Below are positions 1 to 10,410 of a stretch of 64,000 nucleotides of DNA, piece after piece. The position numbers and the translations under genes are program-made. Numbering within the stretch: position 1 is the stretch's first letter; each line of letters begins with the position of its first letter. The stretch is from assembly GCA_035289625.1 (NCBI GenBank), contig DATDWP010000006.1, positions 14,321-78,320 of the forward strand, written 5' to 3'. Below the pieces are notes generated by a model, which was given only the letters and a program-made list of their open reading frames with translations, was not told the DNA's origin and searched no databases. The stretch is from an archaeon. GTDB lineage: Archaea; Iainarchaeota; Iainarchaeia; Iainarchaeales; Iainarchaeaceae.

Positions 1-304
1 CGCGAATATTTTTGCTCTTTTCAACCAAACGCTCGGTTGCAAGGCCATTATCATCAAGCCCAAAGGGGTAGAATACATTAAACCCTTGCATTCTTTTGTA
101 CCTTGCAATAAAATCTGCCTGCGCATAAGAGAACGCATGGCCAAGATGCATTCTTCCGGAAACAGTCGGCGGAGGGGTGTCAATGCTAAACACTGCGCCT
201 TTGGATTTTGGGTCAAATGAATAGGTTTTATCTTTTTCCCATTGTACCTGCCACTTTTTTTCAATTGCCAAAAATTCGTTAATCGGCACTTTCTGGTCAG
301 TCAT
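1..304 (-). CDS. valS: valyl-tRNA synthetase, N-terminal fragment (gene continues beyond window start)
   Basis: Minus-strand translation from ATG at 304-302 gives MTDQKVPINEFLAIEKKWQVQWEKDKTYSFDPKSKGAVFSIDTPPPTVSGRMHLGHAFSYAQADFIARYKRMQGFNVFYPFGLDDNG. This carries the class I HIGH motif (HLGH) and a TPPPTVSG / RYKRMQGxNV context typical of ValRS. It is not in the ORF track because it runs off the edge. Confidence 0.55.
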   Translation of the reverse strand, partial: MTDQKVPINEFLAIEKKWQVQWEKDKTYSFDPKSKGAVFSIDTPPPTVSGRMHLGHAFSYAQADFIARYKRMQGFNVFYPFGLDDNGLATERLVEKSKNIR

Positions 305-344
305 ATGAACACCTGCTCTCATTATTTTCAATAGAATAAGGCTT

Positions 345-1106
345 TTAAGGGTGTTTTGGGCGCCTGAATATGGGTTTGCGTGTTTGTGGGTCAAATGTTC
401 CTTTTCTTGGAAGGGCGACCTTTCTACCTTGCTCTAATCTGGCATAGCTCACCGGGTAAATTATGGCGCATTCTTTTGCAAATGCTCCAAGACCTACAAT
501 AGTTGCCGTATCGCTTGTCCACATTCGTTTTTTTGCAAGAATATTATCAACTTCGTTTGCTATCCCGATACTCTCCAAACCATATCTCCCCTTCGGTTCA
601 ATCAACCTCTCTCCAAATTCATTTGCAAGTTTTTTTCTAAACGATTTTTCGATGCCCCTTGCAGCTCTTTGTGCTGTTTGGCTTTCGCCATAAATTATTG
701 ATAAATTCCGGAAAACTTTTTTACGCAACCCGGATTTTTCTTGAAAATCCAACTTTGCATAATCCCCAAATCCAAATGTTTTTGCCGCAACCTGCCACTG
801 CTCTACCCCGATTCTCGAGATCGTCCTTTCTGCAGGAGAGGGCGTTTTGACAAGCACCACCACGGCATTTTTTTGTGCCGCCCTGATTGTGGCAAGGGCC
901 TCATCATTGATAAATTTTTTTACTTCGCTTGCCCTATAATATCTTAAGTTCACTTCTGTTTTTGGCGGCAATAAATGCCCGCGATTGTGGATTGCAAGAT
1001 TAATTGCCGCTCTTTCGCTAAGTGGGCGTGGATAGGTTTTTCTTGGCAACATTGATGGCCAGAGTGGGTGTGTTACAAAAATTACTTTGTTAAAAATCTG
1101 TGTCAT
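345..1106 (-). CDS. hypothetical protein (253 aa), no recognizable motif
   Basis: Long ORF co-oriented between valS and dnaJ. No family is recognized from the sequence. Confidence 0.4.
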   Translation of the reverse strand: MTQIFNKVIFVTHPLWPSMLPRKTYPRPLSERAAINLAIHNRGHLLPPKTEVNLRYYRASEVKKFINDEALATIRAAQKNAVVVLVKTPSPAERTISRIGVEQWQVAAKTFGFGDYAKLDFQEKSGLRKKVFRNLSIIYGESQTAQRAARGIEKSFRKKLANEFGERLIEPKGRYGLESIGIANEVDNILAKKRMWTSDTATIVGLGAFAKECAIIYPVSYARLEQGRKVALPRKGTFDPQTRKPIFRRPKHP

Positions 1107-1149
1107 TTCTACAATTAAGTTTTACCGAATTAAAAAGACTTGGCTCTGC

Positions 1150-2313
1150 TCACTTGAATATGCCTTTGAACCTTTCAAAAAAGCCCTGCCGCGTTTTTGC
1201 AATTTCCTCTTCTTTTGAGAGCTGCTCGAAAAATTCGCGGTGCTTTTTGGAGAGTTTTTCGGGGGTTCTTACAACCACTTTCACAAATTGGTCGCCGTGC
1301 TCATTTCTATTAATTATTTTGATTCCCTTGCCCTGCATTTTGAAAATCGTAGCGCTCTGAGTCCCTTGCGGAATTTTTAGTTTTGCCCTGCCGCTTAAGG
1401 TTGGCACATCAATTGTTGTTCCTAGCGCAGCTTCAGAAAAAGAGAGCGGCACTTCCATATAAATATCGTTCCCATCGCGCTTGAAAATCTCGTGCGGTTC
1501 AACATATATTATTGCAATCAAATCCCCTCTCCCAGCTCCGCGTTCGCCATAATTTCCCTGGCCTTTCATCCTAAGTTGCGAGCCGCTATCAACCCCGGCC
1601 GGCACTGTAATTGTAATTTTTTTTCTCTTGCGCACATTTCCGCTTCCCTCACACACAGGGCATGGGTCTTTTACAATCTGCCCGCTGCCGCGACAATTTC
1701 TGCAAGTCATCTGGGTTTGCATCACTCCAAATGGCCCCATCTTTCGCGTGACACGTTCAACCCCGCTTCCGGCACACACATCACACTGCTCGCTAGAAGT
1801 TCCGGGCCTCTCCCCGCTTCCTTTACAATTAGAACACTCCTCAACGCGCTCTAATTCAATTTCTTTTTTTGCGCCAAATGCGCTTTCCTCAAAACTCAAA
1901 TTCAACCTTATTGCAATGTCTTGGCCTCTTGCAGGTCCTCTTTGCCTTGAAAATTGCTCGCCAAAAACATCCCCAAACCCTTTCCCAAAACCAAATGATT
2001 CAAAAATATCGCCAAAATCAAATTCACTATTTGAAAACCCGCCGGCATCAAACCCTTCAAAACCCGAAAACCTCTCAGATTGCTGGCCAAATTGGTCGTA
2101 GTTCTTGCGCTTCTGCTCATCGCCTAAAATCGAATACGCATGCTGCACTTCTTTAAATTTTTCCTCAGCACCTTTTTCTTTATTGATGTCGGGATGGTAT
2201 TTTTTTGCAAGGGCTTTGTAGGCTTTTTTTATTTCCTCGGCATTTGCCCCTTTTGGAATCCCTAGAATTTCATAATAATCATTTGCCATTTTTTTAGCCC
2301 CAAAATTTAACAA
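1150..2313 (-). CDS. dnaJ: chaperone DnaJ (Hsp40)
   Basis: N-terminal J domain ([31 protein letters not shown]), a Gly/Phe-rich linker and four CxxCxGxG zinc-finger repeats. Confidence 0.9.
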   Translation of the reverse strand: MLNFGAKKMANDYYEILGIPKGANAEEIKKAYKALAKKYHPDINKEKGAEEKFKEVQHAYSILGDEQKRKNYDQFGQQSERFSGFEGFDAGGFSNSEFDFGDIFESFGFGKGFGDVFGEQFSRQRGPARGQDIAIRLNLSFEESAFGAKKEIELERVEECSNCKGSGERPGTSSEQCDVCAGSGVERVTRKMGPFGVMQTQMTCRNCRGSGQIVKDPCPVCEGSGNVRKRKKITITVPAGVDSGSQLRMKGQGNYGERGAGRGDLIAIIYVEPHEIFKRDGNDIYMEVPLSFSEAALGTTIDVPTLSGRAKLKIPQGTQSATIFKMQGKGIKIINRNEHGDQFVKVVVRTPEKLSKKHREFFEQLSKEEEIAKTRQGFFERFKGIFK

Positions 2314-2322
2314 AAATTAGTG

Positions 2323-2353
2323 GCGGGAAAGAACTTAAACCCTACTCCCGCCT
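2323..2353 (-). terminator. hairpin followed by T-run downstream of dnaK
   Basis: GGCGGGA...UCCCGCC 7-bp stem. On the dnaK-sense strand it is followed by ACUAAUUUUUGUUAAAUUUU. Confidence 0.35.
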
Positions 2354-2417
2354 TAGGTAGGTTTCTGACTTCTATATATTTTCTATTTTAGGTTTGTGAG
2401 GTAAGCTATTTGCAAGC

Positions 2418-4268
2418 TCATTTTTTATCTTTCTCTTCTTCACTAAATTCTGCATCAACTACCTTTTCATCCTTCTTTTCATCGCCCTTCTCTGCTTTCT
2501 GTTGCCCTTGCCCTGCTTTTTTGTAAAGTTCGCTTGAGGCTTGCTGGACTTCTAAATTCAATTCATCCAATTTGCTTTTTATTTTCGCAACATCCTTTTG
2601 CGGATCTGCCAGCATTTTTTTGAGTTCCTCATTTTTTGCCCTAATGGACTCTGCCTTCTTCTCATCTATTTTGCCTTTTAATTCCTCGAGCACTTTTTGG
2701 GTACTATAAACCATCGAATCTGCCATGTTGAGGGTTTCTATTTCCTCTTTCTTCTTCTTATCTTCCTGTTCGTGGGCCTGGGCGTCTTTTTTCATCTTCT
2801 CAATTTCTTCATCGCTAAGTTTTTGTGAGGCTACAATTTTTACGCTCTGCTCTTTTCCTGTCCCCAAATCCTTTGCAGCAACATGCACTATCCCATTTGC
2901 ATCTATATCAAATGTCACTTCTATTTGTGGAACGCCTCTTGCTGCCGGAGGAATACCTGCTAGTTGGAACCTTCCAAGGCTCTTATTTCCAGAAACCATC
3001 TGCCTCTCGCCCTGCAGCACGTGGATATCAACAGCGGGCTGGTTATCCGCTGCTGTTGAAAACATCTGGCTTTTTTTAGTCGGGATTGTTGTATTTCTTT
3101 CAATTAATTTTGTAAATACTCCGCCCAAAGTTTCTATTCCAAGGCTAAGAGGAGTGACATCTAGTAAGAGCACATCCTTTACATCGCCTGAAAGAACTCC
3201 TGCTTGGATTGCAGCGCCCATTGCAACGCACTCCATTGGATCAAGGCCTCTTTCCACTTTTGTCCCAATTTCCTTTTCGACAAATTGCTGGACAATTGGC
3301 ATGCGTGTGGGGCCACCTACTAAAATTATTTTTGCAATATCCCCCGGTGTCATTTTTGCATCAGCTAGCGCCTGCTGGACCGGTTTTGCGCAGCGCGCAA
3401 TTATTGGAGAAATAAGCTCTTCTAGTTTTGCCCTGTTTATTTTCATCTGCAAATGCTTTGGCCCCTCATTTGTTGCGCTAATATAGGGCAGGTTTATTTC
3501 GGTTTCAAGAACTGTGGAGAGCTCTATTTTTGCCTTCTCTGCAGCCTCTGTTACCCTTTGCATTGCAGTGGGGTCTTTTTTGAGATCAAACCCTTGCTCT
3601 TTTTTGAATTCACCTGTAATGTAATTTACAAGCGCCTCATCCATATCCCTTCCGCCAAGCTGGGTGTCCCCCGATGTGCTGCGCACTTCAAAAACTCCCT
3701 GCTCATAATCCATTATAGTGACATCAAGTGTTCCGCCGCCCAGATCAAAAACAAGTATTTTGAAGTTCTGGGTCTTCTTATCAATCCCATATGCCATTGA
3801 AGCAGCAGTCGGTTCATTTACAATTCTTACAACTTCAAGCCCTGCAATTGACCCGGCATCTTTTGTTGCCTGCCTCTGGTTGTCATCAAAATAAGCAGGG
3901 ACAGTAATTACCGCCTTCTCGACTTTTTGCCCCAAAAATTCCTCTGCATCTTTTTTTACTTTTTGCAAAACAAAAGCAGAGAGCTGCTGGGCTGTGTATT
4001 CTTTGCCTTCAGGGGTTTTGTACTTAAAATCGGTCCCCATTTTTCTTTTAAAACCAAAAAAAGTCCTCTGTGCATTTGTAATTGCCTGCCTTCGTGCCGG
4101 TTCGCCAACTAGAAGCTGCCCATCTTTTGTAAATGCAACAACGCTCGGGAATGCTTTTCCATAAACAGTATTGCCTTCTGCGGATGGAATAATTTTCGGC
4201 TTTCCGCCTTCCAAAAATGCCGCTGCTGAGTTAGATGTGCCAAGGTCTATTCCTACGATTTTTGCCAT
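2418..4268 (-). CDS. dnaK: chaperone DnaK (Hsp70)
   Basis: [23 protein letters not shown] and the full Hsp70 architecture, 616 aa. Confidence 0.95.
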   Translation of the reverse strand: MAKIVGIDLGTSNSAAAFLEGGKPKIIPSAEGNTVYGKAFPSVVAFTKDGQLLVGEPARRQAITNAQRTFFGFKRKMGTDFKYKTPEGKEYTAQQLSAFVLQKVKKDAEEFLGQKVEKAVITVPAYFDDNQRQATKDAGSIAGLEVVRIVNEPTAASMAYGIDKKTQNFKILVFDLGGGTLDVTIMDYEQGVFEVRSTSGDTQLGGRDMDEALVNYITGEFKKEQGFDLKKDPTAMQRVTEAAEKAKIELSTVLETEINLPYISATNEGPKHLQMKINRAKLEELISPIIARCAKPVQQALADAKMTPGDIAKIILVGGPTRMPIVQQFVEKEIGTKVERGLDPMECVAMGAAIQAGVLSGDVKDVLLLDVTPLSLGIETLGGVFTKLIERNTTIPTKKSQMFSTAADNQPAVDIHVLQGERQMVSGNKSLGRFQLAGIPPAARGVPQIEVTFDIDANGIVHVAAKDLGTGKEQSVKIVASQKLSDEEIEKMKKDAQAHEQEDKKKKEEIETLNMADSMVYSTQKVLEELKGKIDEKKAESIRAKNEELKKMLADPQKDVAKIKSKLDELNLEVQQASSELYKKAGQGQQKAEKGDEKKDEKVVDAEFSEEEKDKK

Positions 4269-4329
4269 TTAGTTCTCCTCCAAAAATATCTTACAATCAA
4301 TTTTAACACACATAATATTCATGTAAATT

Positions 4330-4875
4330 TTATTCACTTTTGTTCACCTTCACTTTCGAGGGGCGCAAAACCTTCCCATTCAACATATACCCGCGCTGCA
4401 ACTCTTCTAAAACAACTCCATCCTCTTTTGATGGGTCATTGTGAGTCATTAAGACCTCGTGGAAAGAGTGGTCGAATTTTTTACCAACACTCTCAATCGG
4501 TTCAACTCCATTGCTCTGCAGCACCAACATTATTTGCTTTAGTACCATTTCAAAACCCTTTTTCATTTCACTATTTTTAGATTTTTCTGCCAGCAAAATT
4601 CCCGCACGCACAGAATCTACAATCGGCAAAAACGCTGCAACCAATTTTGCAGATGCAAATTTTCTAAAATCCTCATTCTCCCTCTCATTTCTTTTCCTGA
4701 AATTTTCAAATTCTGCTTGCAATCGCTGGAGCATGTCCTTGTAGTCCTGCGCGAGCGATTTTAGCTCTTCAATTTCTTTTCCATTCCCTTCTTTTGTATC
4801 CTTATTTTGGTGCTGGTTTTCCTTATTTTCTTTGAATGGTACTTTCTCTTCTTTCAAAAAATTCACCAAAACCAA
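4330..4875 (-). CDS. grpE: nucleotide exchange factor GrpE
   Basis: Coiled-coil N-terminus and a GrpE C-terminal beta domain. It lies immediately upstream of dnaK, co-oriented. Confidence 0.85.
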   Translation of the reverse strand: MVLVNFLKEEKVPFKENKENQHQNKDTKEGNGKEIEELKSLAQDYKDMLQRLQAEFENFRKRNERENEDFRKFASAKLVAAFLPIVDSVRAGILLAEKSKNSEMKKGFEMVLKQIMLVLQSNGVEPIESVGKKFDHSFHEVLMTHNDPSKEDGVVLEELQRGYMLNGKVLRPSKVKVNKSE

Positions 4876-4957
4876 TGCAAATTGTCCAAATTATTTGAAC
4901 ATTTAACTAATTGTTTAATCAAAACGTTTTTAAAGCTTTCAGTAGCCCTTTCATTTC

Positions 4958-5398
4958 ATGGAACCAGTAGAGCATATTTCCTTCAAAATTGTTGTAAAAA
5001 AAGTTGAAAGGCCAATGCCAAGTAGCGATGCTTTTGATGAACTGGATTGGATTTGCCAATCCTTGGGTTTTTTTGAACCAATTGATCGCGACAAAACAGC
5101 TTCCTCGGTTTTCAAGGAAATCATAAAAGCAACTGATAAAGGTCAGGCCCTAACTTCTAGCGCAATAGCCGGGCAAGTAAAAATGTCCCGTGGGGCTGTA
5201 ATAAACCATCTGAACAACCTTATGCGCTCTGGGCTAATTGTTCGCCACGGTAGATATTACATTTCACGCTCACGCTCAATGTATCGCACAATCGAAGAAA
5301 TTGAAGAGGACATTGACCGCATATTTGCAAAAATGAAAAGGACAGCACTTGAAATTGACAAAGAACTTGGCATTGAGGGAAAAGAGGTTAGGGAGTAA
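4958..5398 (+). CDS. winged-helix DNA-binding protein, candidate regulator divergent from the grpE-dnaK-dnaJ operon
   Basis: 146 aa. The HTH-like segment SSAIAGQVKMSRGAVINHLNNLMRSGLIVRHGRYYI matches an ArsR/Phr-like wHTH pattern. It is divergently transcribed from grpE with an 82-nt shared intergenic region. Confidence 0.45.
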   Translation: MEPVEHISFKIVVKKVERPMPSSDAFDELDWICQSLGFFEPIDRDKTASSVFKEIIKATDKGQALTSSAIAGQVKMSRGAVINHLNNLMRSGLIVRHGRYYISRSRSMYRTIEEIEEDIDRIFAKMKRTALEIDKELGIEGKEVRE

Positions 5399-5474
5399 AA
5401 TTGTATACTTTGGAATACATTTGATTTGAAATATCTGTTAAGTAGGTTTTTTATTGAGTTTTTAAGTATTTTAA

Positions 5475-5921
5475 TTGACTATGCAAATTGTTCATTTGTC
5501 TGAAAAAGATTTGATGCAGATTTTAGAATTAGATAAACTTGCATTTCAGAATTATGATATTAGGCCTCTCACAAAAAAAGAGATATCAACTTTTTTGAAC
5601 AATGGATTCATTTTAGGAATTAAGGAAAACGGAAAGTTGATTTCAAATATTCAAGTAATGACTAAAAATAAAAATTGGTTTATTGAGGGTGTTGCAACAT
5701 TACCTGAAAAACAAGGTAGGGGCCTTGCAAATAACCTTATCAACGAAGTTCTCAAAATTGCAAAAGAAAAGAAGATAAGAAAAATAAACGCAACTGTAAA
5801 ACCTGATAATGCAAAAAGCAGGGCTTTATTTGAAAAAAATGGATTTGCCGAAGTGGACTTTCTTAAAGATTATTATGGGAAAGGAAAAGATCGAATACTA
5901 GTCAGTACGACATTGAAATGA
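5475..5921 (+). CDS. GNAT family N-acetyltransferase
   Basis: Acetyl-CoA binding signature VATLPEKQGRGLANNLINEVL and a C-terminal KNGF motif. Confidence 0.75.
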   Translation: MTMQIVHLSEKDLMQILELDKLAFQNYDIRPLTKKEISTFLNNGFILGIKENGKLISNIQVMTKNKNWFIEGVATLPEKQGRGLANNLINEVLKIAKEKKIRKINATVKPDNAKSRALFEKNGFAEVDFLKDYYGKGKDRILVSTTLK

Positions 5922-6036
5922 CTTGGCTAATCAATCATACATGTCCCGGGTTAAGGCATACATTTTTCCTTCAAGTTTTCATCTTTCAAACCCTTTAAAA
6001 AATACTTATTTAAATTGGTAATCCCAGTAGATTACT

Positions 6037-6264
6037 ATGAAAACAATCACTATAAAGCTGCATGAGGACGAGGACAAAGAACTTGAAGGCTATGTCAAAA
6101 AACGCAATTACCCTTCCAAATCGGAATTCATAAGAAATCTTATAATGGAGCGGCTTGAGCGCAACAGAAAGGAAAAAATGGGCTGGCTTGCTGTTGCTGA
6201 AAAATCAATGGAAAAAATTTGGGACAATGATAAGGATGAAAGGGTATGGAAAAAATACCTTTGA
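6037..6264 (+). CDS. ribbon-helix-helix (CopG-like) antitoxin
   Basis: 75 aa, MKTITIKL...SKSEFIRNLIMERL pattern. It overlaps the downstream toxin gene by 19 nt. Confidence 0.55.
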   Translation: MKTITIKLHEDEDKELEGYVKKRNYPSKSEFIRNLIMERLERNRKEKMGWLAVAEKSMEKIWDNDKDERVWKKYL

Positions 6265-6605
6265 TATCTCAAAGAGATATTATCCTCGTCCCATTTCCCT
6301 TTTCTGACCAATCGGGGAAGAAAGTTAGGCCGGTTATTGTAATAAGCAATATTGAATTCAATGAACATTCAGAGGACTATCTTGTTGTTGGCATTACTTC
6401 GAATGTATCTCGTGAGAAATATTCATTGCGCTTAACAAATAACGATCTTGAAGATGGAAAGCTTTTCACCCAATGCTGCGCAAAAGTGGAAAATATACTA
6501 AAGATTGATAGGGGGCTGGTAATAAAGAAAATCGGAAAGATAAATAAACAAAAATTTAGCGGCATACTAGAAATGCTTAGTAAAATTGTTTCTATTGATG
6601 AATGA
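6246..6605 (+). CDS. PemK/MazF-family type II toxin (mRNA interferase)
   Basis: RDIILVPFPFSDQSGKKVRPVIVISN...LVVGITS matches the MazF/PemK core. Confidence 0.7.
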   Translation: MEKIPLISQRDIILVPFPFSDQSGKKVRPVIVISNIEFNEHSEDYLVVGITSNVSREKYSLRLTNNDLEDGKLFTQCCAKVENILKIDRGLVIKKIGKINKQKFSGILEMLSKIVSIDE

Positions 6606-6671
6606 GCTATATACAGAGTATTTCAATTACTTTTCTCTTTTGAAATTTGCCTGATCCTAATTAAAATAACC

Positions 6672-6952
6672 CTAGAATTGCTCCCGATACCATTTTTCAT
6701 ATTGCTTGTGGTCGCCGATGAAGTGGATGTATTTTGTTCTAGTCCTCTCATCTTGTATGAATGCAATGCGGTATTGGCCAACTTCCTCAATTCTGTATCT
6801 GGACGAGTGCATACCTCGTGGCCAAGCGGCTGTTTCATTTGCTCAAGTTTTTTGAGTATTTGTTCTCTTATGGGTTTATCAAATTTGTAAAAATGCCTGT
6901 CCCAGCCTTTTTTGTATTCTATTTTCCAGGTGCCAAGTTCCAAACTGCTCAC
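6672..6952 (-). pseudogene. RelE/ParE-superfamily toxin disrupted by a +1 frameshift
   Basis: Frame 0 from GTG at 6952 gives WKIEYKKGWDRHFYKFDKPIREQILKKLEQMK, a RelE-like N-terminus. After ...QPLG the RelE-like C-terminus continues only in the +1 frame (GMHSSRYRIEEVGQYRIAFIQDERTRTKYIHFIGDHKQYEKWYREQF, stop at 6674-6672). Upstream there are only fragmentary antitoxin-like ORF pieces without start codons. Confidence 0.45.
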
Positions 6953-7495
6953 CTGTATTTTGAAAGGGCTTCGTCTTCACTTAGGTACTTTCACCTTTTT
7001 TCTTCATTTCCTCTTCTTCTCGAAGCTTTAATGCGACAAGCTCCATTTCCAGGTCTTTAGGCGAACCAATTAACCGGTATTCCTTTCCAAGGGCTAAAAT
7101 CCCTGATAACAGGGCTCCGTTGAAAGTCTCACCCTATCCTGAGGTTGTCTGCTATCATGCTGAGTAGTACCTCTTTGCGTTGTTGTATGGTTGTGTGGGA
7201 ATAGAGAAATCCTCCATATAATCGCTTCCAAAACTCGAACTTTTTCGGTCCGAAATGATGCAACCATTTCGGCACACACGCCAGCCAAAGCAAACGTTTG
7301 ATTTTTCTGATGATTTTTCCTTCTTTCACTTGGGAACCCCTCGCCGTGTTCCCCCCACCTTATGGGTGGATATTCAACAACTATAAAGACATTTTCAACC
7401 GAGCCGGCAGTAAGGTAAATATTTTATTATAGTCCGACACTGTATATGTTTGGTTATTATGGAAATATCCGAATCTGCACAGGTGAGATGATTTT

Positions 7496-7816
7496 TTGGC
7501 TACTAATTTTACTCAATTCAAGCGTAGAAGAGCCGAAATCAAGGCGCAGGATCTGAATAAAGCTAATGAAAGATTGAGGAAAGTAGACAACTTGAAATTT
7601 GCTAAGTCACTAGAGAGTGTTTTACTTCAAACATTGGACGGCACAAATAATCTTCATTCTCTTTTGGCTTATCGTTTACAGGTGAGTGCAGCATTGAGGA
7701 GTGGGAAAGCCATTAACTACAATAAAGAAAAACTGCAAACTTTAAAGGGTATTTTAAAAGACCTAGATAGGCATATAGCGGCGCACCGAAGAATTAAAAC
7801 TAGTCCACGGGATTAG
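7496..7816 (+). CDS. hypothetical protein (106 aa)
   Basis: ORF only. No motif recognized. Confidence 0.3.
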   Translation: MATNFTQFKRRRAEIKAQDLNKANERLRKVDNLKFAKSLESVLLQTLDGTNNLHSLLAYRLQVSAALRSGKAINYNKEKLQTLKGILKDLDRHIAAHRRIKTSPRD

Positions 7817-7883
7817 TTGATTTTTATGCAGCATAAACCCTTTACCGCAACCTATAAATCCCACTTACAACTCATAATAGCAA

Positions 7884-8360
7884 ATGCGGCAAAAGAGCAT
7901 TTGGTGGCAAGCGAGTTTTTTACTAAAAGATAAAACTTTTGAAAAACTCACAAGCCTAAAAGAGCCGCGCTATGTTGCGCTTCTACTTGTTGAATTTTTC
8001 CTCACAATGATACTTGTGGGGGCAATTTTACTCTACCTTGATGGCAGGTTCAATACAATCGAGCAGCCATTTAATCTCTTTATCTTCGGTGCAATACTTT
8101 TTGCAGTGGCACACTTCTACAACTACACCTCATATTTTAAGCAAGAGAGCCCTCATCTTATCAGAAGGTCCTCATCACTAAAGACCCTCATCTTAGAGTT
8201 CGTTATATTTCTAATAGTGCTCTTCTCAGCATACATCTACGCAGACCCGGCTATTGATATTTTACCATACCCGCAAAACCTGGTGGTATTTGCAGTTGCG
8301 CTAATTATTCCGCTCTATATTTACATAAATGAAAAATTCATAAATGCGCAAAATCCCTAA
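7884..8360 (+). CDS. hypothetical multi-pass membrane protein
   Basis: Four hydrophobic helical segments. No family recognized. Confidence 0.4.
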   Translation: MRQKSIWWQASFLLKDKTFEKLTSLKEPRYVALLLVEFFLTMILVGAILLYLDGRFNTIEQPFNLFIFGAILFAVAHFYNYTSYFKQESPHLIRRSSSLKTLILEFVIFLIVLFSAYIYADPAIDILPYPQNLVVFAVALIIPLYIYINEKFINAQNP

Positions 8361-8366
8361 AAAGTG

Positions 8367-9365
8367 TTATTTAATCCAATTCACATTCTCTAAATCAGTC
8401 CTGAATTTTTGATCAGTAGTGGCATTTTCTATAGAAACTTCCCTTTGAGCTTTGCGCATTAAAATCCCGGTCCATGCAATCATTGCTCCGTTATCAAGGC
8501 AGAGCTCTTTGGGGCAGATCTTCAATTGCACTCCCCGCTCTTTGCACATTTGGCCAAGCATTTGTTGCAGCGCCCTTGAAGCCCCCACTCCTCCTGTCAG
8601 GAGCAATTCTTTTTTTTGCGTGTGCGCAAGCGCTCGCTCGCACACTTCGCAGATCATTGCAAATGCAGTGTGCATCAGGCTGTATGCCAAATCGGTGCTA
8701 TCTACTTTGCCAATCTTTAGTGTTGCTGCGGTTAGAAGCCCAGAAAATGAGACGTCCATTCCTTTTACTGAATAGGGGAGTTCAATATAATTTTTCTTTT
8801 CAAAATACATTTTATCAATTACCGGCCCAGCCGGAAAACCAATCTTAAGTTCGCGGCCAAAAGAATCAAGTAAATTCCCGACTCCGATATCAATTGTTTC
8901 GCCATACACCCTGTACTTGCCAGATTCATAACCAATCACTTGAGTATTGCCCCCCGAGACATATAGGATAAGAGGATCAGAAGAGTTGCATTTTTTCTTT
9001 GCAATTTCAATGTGTGCAATGGAGTGGTTTACCGGAATTAGTTGCTTATTATGTAGCAGAGATAGCATGCGGGCAACTCCGGCCCCAACACTTAGCGCAG
9101 TTCCGATCCCCGGGCCTTTAGTATATGAAATGCAATCAATTTCATTCCACTCTAAGTTTGCTTTCTGCATTGCAGATTTTATTAGAGGGGCAAAGTGTTC
9201 TGCGTGATGGTCAGCTAGCTCGCGGGGGATCAGCCCACCACTTTTTGTTGTGTGGGTGTGCTTTTCATTTGCCAAAATGCTGCAGCTAGAATCAACAATT
9301 CCAACCCCTGCAGTATGGGCAGTGCTCTCAATTCCTAAACAAATACTTTTCATTTTATCCCTCAA
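8367..9365 (-). CDS. kae1: tRNA t6A synthase Kae1/TsaD
   Basis: ICLGIESTAHTAGVGIV, TKGPGIGTALSVG and LYVSGGNTQVIGY are Kae1/TsaD hallmarks. It is 332 aa with no Bud32 fusion. Confidence 0.85.
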   Translation of the reverse strand: MRDKMKSICLGIESTAHTAGVGIVDSSCSILANEKHTHTTKSGGLIPRELADHHAEHFAPLIKSAMQKANLEWNEIDCISYTKGPGIGTALSVGAGVARMLSLLHNKQLIPVNHSIAHIEIAKKKCNSSDPLILYVSGGNTQVIGYESGKYRVYGETIDIGVGNLLDSFGRELKIGFPAGPVIDKMYFEKKNYIELPYSVKGMDVSFSGLLTAATLKIGKVDSTDLAYSLMHTAFAMICEVCERALAHTQKKELLLTGGVGASRALQQMLGQMCKERGVQLKICPKELCLDNGAMIAWTGILMRKAQREVSIENATTDQKFRTDLENVNWIK

Positions 9366-10401
9366 TTTTATCAGCAGCTTTCCTCACCCTATTCATTACT
9401 GCTGCGCCTAATCCTTTTTCAGAAATTCCCTGCACAATTGCAACTTCAACTCCTTTGCGATCAAATTCTCTAAATATCTTGAAGATATTGCGCGCTGCCA
9501 TTTGGGGAGTTTTTCCTAAAAATTTTACTACTGCTCCGTGGTGTTTTTTGCCCTTCGTAGAGGTTATTATCCCGACTTTTTTATTTTTGTAATGGGGGAG
9601 AATTGAGCGAACTTGTGTCCAAAAATTCGTGCTTTCTTCTATAAGTATTACAAAGCCCTGCGGAGCGTAGTGTTTGTATTTCATTCCAGGGGCTTTTGCA
9701 ACTTGCCCGCCCCTCTGTCCCTTATTGAACCCTTTCTTTTTTATGAGGGGGTGCTGATCTATTTTGCCAATTATTTTTTCTATTTGCTCCGTGCTAATTT
9801 TCCCCGGGCGAAGCAAAACCGCGCGCTGTGAACTAACATCTAGAATGGTTGATTCCACCCCGATAGTTGTAGTTCCGCCATCAATTATACAATCAATCCT
9901 TCCATTTAGGTCTTCAAAAACGTCTCTAGCATTTGTCGGAGATGGTTTTCCAAATAGGTTAGCAGATGGGGCTGCAATTGGGACTTTTGCCTTTTCAATT
10001 AACGCGTGGGCGATTTTATGAGCTGGCATTCTGATTGCAACAGTTCTAAGCCCCCCGGTAGTTATGCTTGGGACTTTTTTCGATTTTTCCAAAACAAGGG
10101 TAAGGGGCCCTGGCCAGAAATTATCCATTAAAAGTTTTGAGCGCAAGTTAACACCCTTTGCAAGTTCGTATACTTGCTCCTCATTTGATACATGTACAAT
10201 AAGAGGGTCATCAAACGGCCTTTTTTTTGCAACAAAAATTTTGCGTACTGATTTTGCGCTAAGCGCATTTGCCCCAAGCCCATAAACCGTTTCAGTGGGG
10301 AATGCAACAAGATCGCCTCTTTGGATTATTTTTGCAGCAATTAATATTTTCCTATCAGTTGGAATTTTGATTTTCAGTATTTTTGTTTTCATTATTACCA
10401 C
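9355..10401 (-). CDS. sua5: threonylcarbamoyl-AMP synthase Sua5/TsaC (YrdC domain plus Sua5 C-terminal domain)
   Basis: YrdC signature LVAFPTETVYGLGANAL. At 348 aa it includes the C-terminal Sua5 domain. It is adjacent to kae1, so both t6A pathway genes sit together. Confidence 0.8.
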   Translation of the reverse strand: MVIMKTKILKIKIPTDRKILIAAKIIQRGDLVAFPTETVYGLGANALSAKSVRKIFVAKKRPFDDPLIVHVSNEEQVYELAKGVNLRSKLLMDNFWPGPLTLVLEKSKKVPSITTGGLRTVAIRMPAHKIAHALIEKAKVPIAAPSANLFGKPSPTNARDVFEDLNGRIDCIIDGGTTTIGVESTILDVSSQRAVLLRPGKISTEQIEKIIGKIDQHPLIKKKGFNKGQRGGQVAKAPGMKYKHYAPQGFVILIEESTNFWTQVRSILPHYKNKKVGIITSTKGKKHHGAVVKFLGKTPQMAARNIFKIFREFDRKGVEVAIVQGISEKGLGAAVMNRVRKAADKIEG

Positions 10402-10410
10402 TTTTTAGAA

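Noticed and set aside
7094-7329. ORFs 7094..7288 and 7129..7329 as real genes (possible antitoxin, integrase or transposase fragment)
   Set aside because: They overlap each other, lack motifs, and continue into a start-less frame. They are treated as debris of a degraded element rather than annotated as genes.
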